DNA from: a virus
Lineage: Duplodnaviria; Caudoviricetes
IMG/VR virus record: IMGVR_UViG_3300043432_000047
Location: 1-28,719 of that record
Strand: one strand, 5' to 3'
DNA length: 28,719 nt
Position 1 is the stretch's first letter; each line of letters opens with the position of its first letter. Below, in pieces: positions 23,856 to 28,719 of this stretch. The translations under genes and the position numbers were made by a program. The notes below the pieces were generated by a model. The model was not told where the DNA came from. It did no database searches and saw only the letters and a list, made by a program, of their open reading frames with translations.

Positions 23856-25679
23856 TTATGCCCACATCGGATCGTTCTTGTCGCTCGACGCCGCAAAGGC
23901 ATCCAAACCCAAACGGCGCCCATCGGAGTCTAGCATCGTCGCGGTCAGGATGCGTTGGGGGCTTCCGTTCAACGCAGACATATACTTCGCATCTGCGACG
24001 GCGGTATTTACCGCTTGTAGCATTTCCTTGGAGTGTAGGTAAAACTCGATCTTCACTTCATCTGCCATCTGCCCAATGCGGTGATGTCGCGCGGCCAACT
24101 GCTCTACAGCGGCCCCGCTCGACGGGAAACACGTCCACAACGCACGATCCCACTGGACTAGATTCTTCCCCGTACCGTGAGCGCGATACGACGCCACGCA
24201 CGGCCCACGATAAGTTTTGATTCCTTCGCCGCTCGGGCCTGCGCCGAAGTACGGAATCTTCGTAAACAGACGGCCAACGTCGTCCTCGGCGTTACCTTCG
24301 CCGCCCAAACCCGCCGCGTCCGCCTTGGTAAACGCTGACGTATGTGAAACCCACACAATCCCGCCAGTAGCCAACGCCCACTCCTCGGCGTCCTTTACCA
24401 GATAGTCTGACAACCAAACAGGCACCGGATTGGGCTCGAAAGTGCCTCGAACGTCGCGCCATGCGACCCATTCTCGGACGCTCTCGGGATTGCCGAACTT
24501 TCCTGACTTGACCGCATTCCATACCTGCAACGGGCTGTCGAGATGGGTTCCTTTCGGCGGGGAATCCATCATCGCCCGAACGAAACCGGCCCACTCCCTG
24601 CGAGCTTTGGCCCACTCCGTCGGGGCGGGTGGGTCCCATCGGTAAACGAAACCCATCGCCGCCTCGCGGGCGTGGTTCCACGCTACGATTCCTGGGTCGA
24701 ACGTTTCGCCGTTCGGGAGCGCGTATTCTTCGCGGATTTTCCGCATCGCTTCGCGGACCGCTTGCGGGACTTCGATCTTTTTTTCTTGGAACACGAGGCT
24801 AACGCCGACATACGACTCGCTAGTCGAAATGACGCCAGGAGTTGCCAATAGGCGATCACGGACACCGCTGCGCGTTTCGTCGAGGGTCGGGTTAGGCGTT
24901 CCCGCAAACGTAGCCAATGCGCCGGGATCGAGTCGGGCATGATCCTGTACCCCCTCGTCAATAGCGTAGCACCATTGCTCTAGGGACGGATACTCGCGCG
25001 GGAACGGGCTTCCGTCTCCGAGCGCCGCGTCGTAGATATGCGAGCACTCCCTGATGGACTTCCGGCGCGGTGTGCCGGACATGGGCGCGAAACGCACCCC
25101 GGTATTGAGCACGGCCGCCTTCCTAGACTCTCTCAAGTATCGAAAGAACCGCTTACCACGAGCGGAGCGGATGCGTGCCAGGTAGTGGCTCTCGTCAGCG
25201 ACCACTACGTCTGGGTGGAATTCGTCTAGGAAGGAAGCGAAGCGCACGGTAGAGAGGCTTTGATACGAAAGAATCCGAAAGTGTGGCCGAGCACCCACAG
25301 CCGGGTCCAGATCGTAACAAGGAGGTAGCGTCCAATGCTGAGATAGGATCTGGTAGTCATCTTTGGTCTTTTCTCGAAGGTGTGCGGGGACGAGAAGTAG
25401 TCCCCGTTTGGCTTCCCACAGTTGAAATAGGAGAAAGCCGAGCAGCGTCTTGCCGAATCCCGCAGAAATTTCCGCCGAGAGCTTTCCGTAGTCGGCAGCC
25501 TCGACCAGCGCGCGCGCCTGAATGGGCTTTAGCCGCATCGTGCCGCCGGGACGCTTGAAATGCTCGGTGAGGAGGTCACACGCCTCCTCCAATTCCTGGG
25601 CCGACCACTCGTGTTGGCGGCGTGGAAGGTCGCGGATTCGCCGAAACTCGGCGTCGGCAAAGACGGCGGGCCTAGTCAT
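23856..25679 (-). CDS. Superfamily 2 (DExH, SNF2-like) helicase (607 aa)
   Basis: LKPIQ Q-motif, AGFGKT Walker A, LLVP, VVADESH, SGTP, GTGKNL and EQLAARHHRIGQ. Confidence 0.9.
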   Translation of the reverse strand: MTRPAVFADAEFRRIRDLPRRQHEWSAQELEEACDLLTEHFKRPGGTMRLKPIQARALVEAADYGKLSAEISAGFGKTLLGFLLFQLWEAKRGLLLVPAHLREKTKDDYQILSQHWTLPPCYDLDPAVGARPHFRILSYQSLSTVRFASFLDEFHPDVVVADESHYLARIRSARGKRFFRYLRESRKAAVLNTGVRFAPMSGTPRRKSIRECSHIYDAALGDGSPFPREYPSLEQWCYAIDEGVQDHARLDPGALATFAGTPNPTLDETRSGVRDRLLATPGVISTSESYVGVSLVFQEKKIEVPQAVREAMRKIREEYALPNGETFDPGIVAWNHAREAAMGFVYRWDPPAPTEWAKARREWAGFVRAMMDSPPKGTHLDSPLQVWNAVKSGKFGNPESVREWVAWRDVRGTFEPNPVPVWLSDYLVKDAEEWALATGGIVWVSHTSAFTKADAAGLGGEGNAEDDVGRLFTKIPYFGAGPSGEGIKTYRGPCVASYRAHGTGKNLVQWDRALWTCFPSSGAAVEQLAARHHRIGQMADEVKIEFYLHSKEMLQAVNTAVADAKYMSALNGSPQRILTATMLDSDGRRLGLDAFAASSDKNDPMWA

Positions 25680-25768
25680 GCTGCGCTCGGCGGCTCATCA
25701 TCAAAGAGCCCCATCGACCACGCGAGGAGGATTACGGAGAGTAGTAAGAGGGGCCAGTTTATAATCAC
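25676..25768 (-). CDS. Small membrane peptide (30 aa)
   Basis: Below the track cutoff. MIINWPLLLLSVILLAWSMGLFDDEPPSAA*. Fills the gap exactly, with ATGA overlap onto the helicase start. Confidence 0.5.
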   Translation of the reverse strand: MIINWPLLLLSVILLAWSMGLFDDEPPSAA

Positions 25769-25769
25769 G

Positions 25770-26018
25770 TTACGCTACCCGTGTCGGCGGCTTCGGTGAG
25801 TGGGTCGGCGTGAACGCCTCGGGGTTCTCGGGGAAATCCGCTCCGGGCCAATGCCAAAACGTCCCGTCCGTCTTTCTGGTTACCCATTCCCACTTCCGTA
25901 CACGGTACAAGTTCCCAACGGCGTCCTGCGCGGTCACGGTTCCGTCCTCGACGTGAATCTCAATTAAGACAGCAACTGTCTCCGTCACTTCCGATTCACG
26001 AGCGAAGCGGCTTCTCAT
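25770..26018 (-). CDS. Hypothetical protein
   Basis: The 3' part looks globular (VLIEIHVEDGTVTAQDAVGNLYRVRKWEW). Start uncertain (ATG 26018 or GTG 25988). Confidence 0.5.
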   Translation of the reverse strand: MRSRFARESEVTETVAVLIEIHVEDGTVTAQDAVGNLYRVRKWEWVTRKTDGTFWHWPGADFPENPEAFTPTHSPKPPTRVA

Positions 26019-26188
26019 AGCGCGTAGGACGATCGGCAAGCCGATCGCGTTCCGCAGGCGGCGTAAATTCGATGATGGCGGGGCGGTATTGGAATCGGAC
26101 CTCACGCGAAAGAATCTCCTGCGCGGCTTCGTCCCTTGAAATAGAATCGAAGCCAAGTGCCCGCCACACCCGTTCCGCGGAGAACCAT

Positions 26189-26488
26189 CTAGCGGCGATC
26201 CGAAAACACTTCTCGAAGAATGCGATCGCGGCGTTTACGCCACCCATCCTCCGCGTTGGACGCCGCCTCTTTCTCTGCGAGGGTCGGGGGCGGTGGCGCG
26301 GTCTTAGTGCAGTCCGCCGAGTAGACCCAGATTCCGGCGAGTTTGACGCACGGGAGGGCTGGGGAGAAAGTGTAATCAAAGCCGATGTCCTCAATGCGAT
26401 ATTTTGGATTGCGCAAGTTCACGTTCTTGCGGAGATTGTTGGAGGGCTCCACCCACTCGCCGATCTTGTATGGGTGTATCGCCGACAT
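26189..26488 (-). CDS. Hypothetical protein (99 aa)
   Basis: TAATG coupling. YKIGEWV start resembles small SH3-like phage proteins. Confidence 0.55.
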   Translation of the reverse strand: MSAIHPYKIGEWVEPSNNLRKNVNLRNPKYRIEDIGFDYTFSPALPCVKLAGIWVYSADCTKTAPPPPTLAEKEAASNAEDGWRKRRDRILREVFSDRR

Positions 26489-27075
26489 TATAGATTCACC
26501 CACCGGTCCAACTTGGGTTCGAGGTGGTGGACACTAACTACACCCAACGCCCCACCGAAGCCGTACCTCTCCGCGCTGCGAACCCACACAGGATCGACAA
26601 CTTCACCATGCTCCCCCAAGAAGCCCAACCAGTCGTCCCGCTCCTGCGGATCGAGTAGGGCCTCCAAGAAACCGCAAAGGCGTGTCCCTTGTCGGTATAC
26701 CAGCAATCTCTTGCCTCGATACTCCGCGTGGAGCGCCTTCCAGAAGGCTTCGGAATGTCGGTTCCACACTACGCCGGGTGCTAGGCCCTGGGCGTCCTCA
26801 CGAAACGACACCAACGGGAGGTACAAACGTTGACGGTCAAACCGAAGCTCCGCGGAGAAGGCGGCGTTACTGCGGATTGGCTCGGTAGCCTTACGAGCGC
26901 GTTGGGCGGCCCCGTACCAATCAGGTTGATCCAATACCAGCGGTGTATAGACAATCGTGTCGTCGGATTCACGATCATCGAACGCCAGCACCGTAAACGT
27001 CCCGGTAGCCAGCGTTCGGGCTGGCACCGCCCGCTTAACGAAAGACTCCACAGCGTTAAGCACGACAACCTCCAC
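26488..27075 (-). CDS. Hypothetical protein (195 aa)
   Basis: Tiles directly after the nuclease gene. No motif recognised. Confidence 0.65.
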   Translation of the reverse strand: MEVVVLNAVESFVKRAVPARTLATGTFTVLAFDDRESDDTIVYTPLVLDQPDWYGAAQRARKATEPIRSNAAFSAELRFDRQRLYLPLVSFREDAQGLAPGVVWNRHSEAFWKALHAEYRGKRLLVYRQGTRLCGFLEALLDPQERDDWLGFLGEHGEVVDPVWVRSAERYGFGGALGVVSVHHLEPKLDRWVNL

Positions 27076-27079
27076 GGCC

Positions 27080-28393
27080 CTAGAGGGCGTTTAGCGCGGC
27101 CACCAACTTCTCCGCGAGCGCGAAGTTCTCCTCGGCCAGCGCCTTCTGTGCGTTGTAGGCGAGGGTGATGCGAAGGTCGCCGAGGCCGTTGCCACCATCG
27201 ACCGAGGCAACGAAACCGGCCGCCACAGCGTCCGTCGACCGCTTCCCCTTCCGCGCCTTCGCCGAGGGGGCTGTGGGCACGACCGCGGGCGCCGGCGGGT
27301 CCTCGGGCGAGACGTTTGCCGCCGCCTCGGGGGAATTGATGGGAGACGAACCCGGCTGGAGCGCCATATCGAGGCCCGAAACGTCGACCTTCGGGAGGTC
27401 GGGCTCGGACGAGGGCTTCACTACGTTGGCGGCGGTTTCGGGCACCAAGACGGTTTCCGGCGCCGCGGCCGTTTCGACCGGTGCGGTAACCTTCGGTGGG
27501 GTCTTGGAACCGGCGCGGAGTCGGGCGAGGAGGGCAGAGTCGGCCATGGTTACACGCCTTTCGGGTAGAGCCCGAACCGTAGGCACCGCCTTTTCAGCGT
27601 CTAGGGTCGGGCCGAGATCCGGTCCAGATCCGGTCGCCACGAAACGTTGGTTGGCCGTGCAGTACGCCTTATGCGGGCACCCGCCGTACTTGTCACATTC
27701 CCTGAGATCGTATTCTACTTCATCGACGGACTGCCGTGGGAAAGCAGCCTCGAACGCTCCGCGCATCTTCTCCGCGGTAGCGATAACTTCCGCGAGGCCG
27801 TCCTCTAGGATGGTCAACGTCTGGCGCACACAAACCGGGCGAGAATCAGCAGCCTTGGTGGATGTGTATACCCATTGGAGGTCCACTTCGGGGACGCTTG
27901 CTACGCGGCTCGCTACGGCCAGGCGGGCGGCGACGCCGTAAAGGATCGCTTGGGGGTCCTTGAGGAGGTCCGTTTCCGACTTGGCGTAGACGAGGTTGCT
28001 GGTGGACTTCCAATCGAATACTGCCGGGCGGTCTGGTGACCAATCCCCGGCGGGCATCCGTTTCGGATCGGGTCGTGGGACCACGAGATCGATAAAACCG
28101 CGGGCGGCCCCGACCGGGAGAAGGATGCGGAAGGGGTGTTCTACGAGAACGTCGGCGTGCTGTGGGTTAGGGGCGAGTGGGAGGAGTCGCTTCGTGGGTG
28201 CAAGCTCGGGAACTTGCTTGAGAAGGAACCAATTCTCCATTTCCTTGTGTATCTTTGAACCGAGAGCCGCGGCCGGCCCGGACGGTGTGTCAACGTTGAG
28301 GACGTACCGATACGACGCCTTGCGCATACACCCCCTCGCTGTGGCGATGCCTGAAGCGGAGAAAGTAAATACGTCGTCCAAGGGATCTGACAT
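27080..28393 (-). CDS. Cas4/RecB-like PD-(D/E)XK exonuclease with long low-complexity C-terminal extension (437 aa)
   Basis: FSASGI...C, GSKIH, VE, RGFIDL, DWKST, QAILY and CDKYGGCPHKAYC (split 4-Cys Fe-S type motif). Confidence 0.9.
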   Translation of the reverse strand: MSDPLDDVFTFSASGIATARGCMRKASYRYVLNVDTPSGPAAALGSKIHKEMENWFLLKQVPELAPTKRLLPLAPNPQHADVLVEHPFRILLPVGAARGFIDLVVPRPDPKRMPAGDWSPDRPAVFDWKSTSNLVYAKSETDLLKDPQAILYGVAARLAVASRVASVPEVDLQWVYTSTKAADSRPVCVRQTLTILEDGLAEVIATAEKMRGAFEAAFPRQSVDEVEYDLRECDKYGGCPHKAYCTANQRFVATGSGPDLGPTLDAEKAVPTVRALPERRVTMADSALLARLRAGSKTPPKVTAPVETAAAPETVLVPETAANVVKPSSEPDLPKVDVSGLDMALQPGSSPINSPEAAANVSPEDPPAPAVVPTAPSAKARKGKRSTDAVAAGFVASVDGGNGLGDLRITLAYNAQKALAEENFALAEKLVAALNAL

Positions 28394-28428
28394 GCAGCGA
28401 CTATAGCCTGCGGGGGGTTACGATGCAC
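28394..28428 (-). promoter_or_regulatory. Candidate leaderless sigma70-type promoter for the early operon
   Basis: Minus strand reads GTGCAT-N17-TATAGT-N6-ATG(28393). No Shine-Dalgarno. Confidence 0.5.
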
Positions 28429-28433
28429 GACAG

Positions 28434-28480
28434 GCAGATCCGTTGCGGTTGTAGCGCCCCTTGTCCGCGAGCGGATCTGC
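28434..28480. repeat. Imperfect inverted repeat in the divergent control region
   Basis: GCAGATCCGTTGCGG ... CCGCGAGCGGATCTGC. The outer 9 bp are perfect. Confidence 0.7.
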
Positions 28481-28511
28481 GTTTAGGTTGGTTTCAATAG
28501 GAGACAACAAA

Positions 28512-28719
28512 ATGACGACAATCTCAGCAAACGATCTCTCTCGCGTCCTCTATATCCACGGGAAGTGGTCCCGTGGCGAGTCTGGTGGTGTGCAGGCGAA
28601 CCTCTCGGGGGCGGACCTCTCGGGGGCGGACCTCTCGGGGGCGAGCCTCTCGGGGGCGAACCTCTCGGGGGCGAACCTCTCGCGGGCGGACCTCTCGGGG
28701 GCGGACCTCTCGGGGGCGA
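28512..28719 (+). CDS. Pentapeptide repeat protein (3'-truncated by window edge)
   Basis: [37 protein letters not shown] followed by A(N/D/S)LS(G/R) repeats. Confidence 0.9.
   Translation, partial: MTTISANDLSRVLYIHGKWSRGESGGVQANLSGADLSGADLSGASLSGANLSGANLSRADLSGADLSGA
28596..28719 (+). repeat. 15-bp tandem repeats (at least 8 copies) encoding the pentapeptides
   Basis: Unit GCG(A/G)ACCTCTCGGGG with few substitutions, running off the window. Confidence 0.95.

Noticed and set aside
25996-26394. Additional small minus-strand gene (…WRALGFDSISRDEAAQEILSRE…)
   Set aside because: The 3' part may be real, but the start is ambiguous and the track version overlaps the 26189-26488 gene extensively. 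Not enough support to call.
1-28719. Diversity-generating retroelement, integrase/att site or IS element
   Set aside because: No reverse transcriptase, recombinase or transposase motifs, and no adenine-specific TR/VR pair were seen by eye.

Overview
GC-rich (roughly 60-65% by eye) segment of a tailed, siphovirus-like phage genome with two convergent arms. The + arm (1-12285) is the late module: a Thr/Ala/Asn repeat protein, head-tail joining genes, two paralogous tail-tube genes, a tail assembly chaperone with a -1 frameshift site, tape measure, Dit-like and large tail-tip proteins, a holin-like protein and an M15 endolysin. The - arm (12282-28393) is the early/replication module: Cas4/RecB-like nuclease, SF2 helicase, putative SSB, an XF1762/Mom-like gene, family A DNA polymerase, N6-adenine methyltransferase, RuvC-like resolvase, three lipoproteins, DUF3310, a sigma-like protein and a metallophosphoesterase. 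A divergent pentapeptide-repeat gene starts at 28512. One lipoprotein has CDGxDNDCDG repeats plus a VWA domain, which suggests a myxobacterial-type host (inference). Best leads: (1) the XF1762/Mom-like gene is frameshifted exactly at a (CT)n microsatellite and sits beside a PolA with a Tyr-to-Gly motif B change and an adenine methylase, a candidate phase-variable DNA-modification cassette; (2) a tRNA-shaped element plus terminator precedes it; (3) a perfect 46-bp inverted repeat spans the junction of two head-tail genes; (4) the myxobacterial-like lipoprotein cluster. All family calls come from motif recognition by eye. No searches were run.
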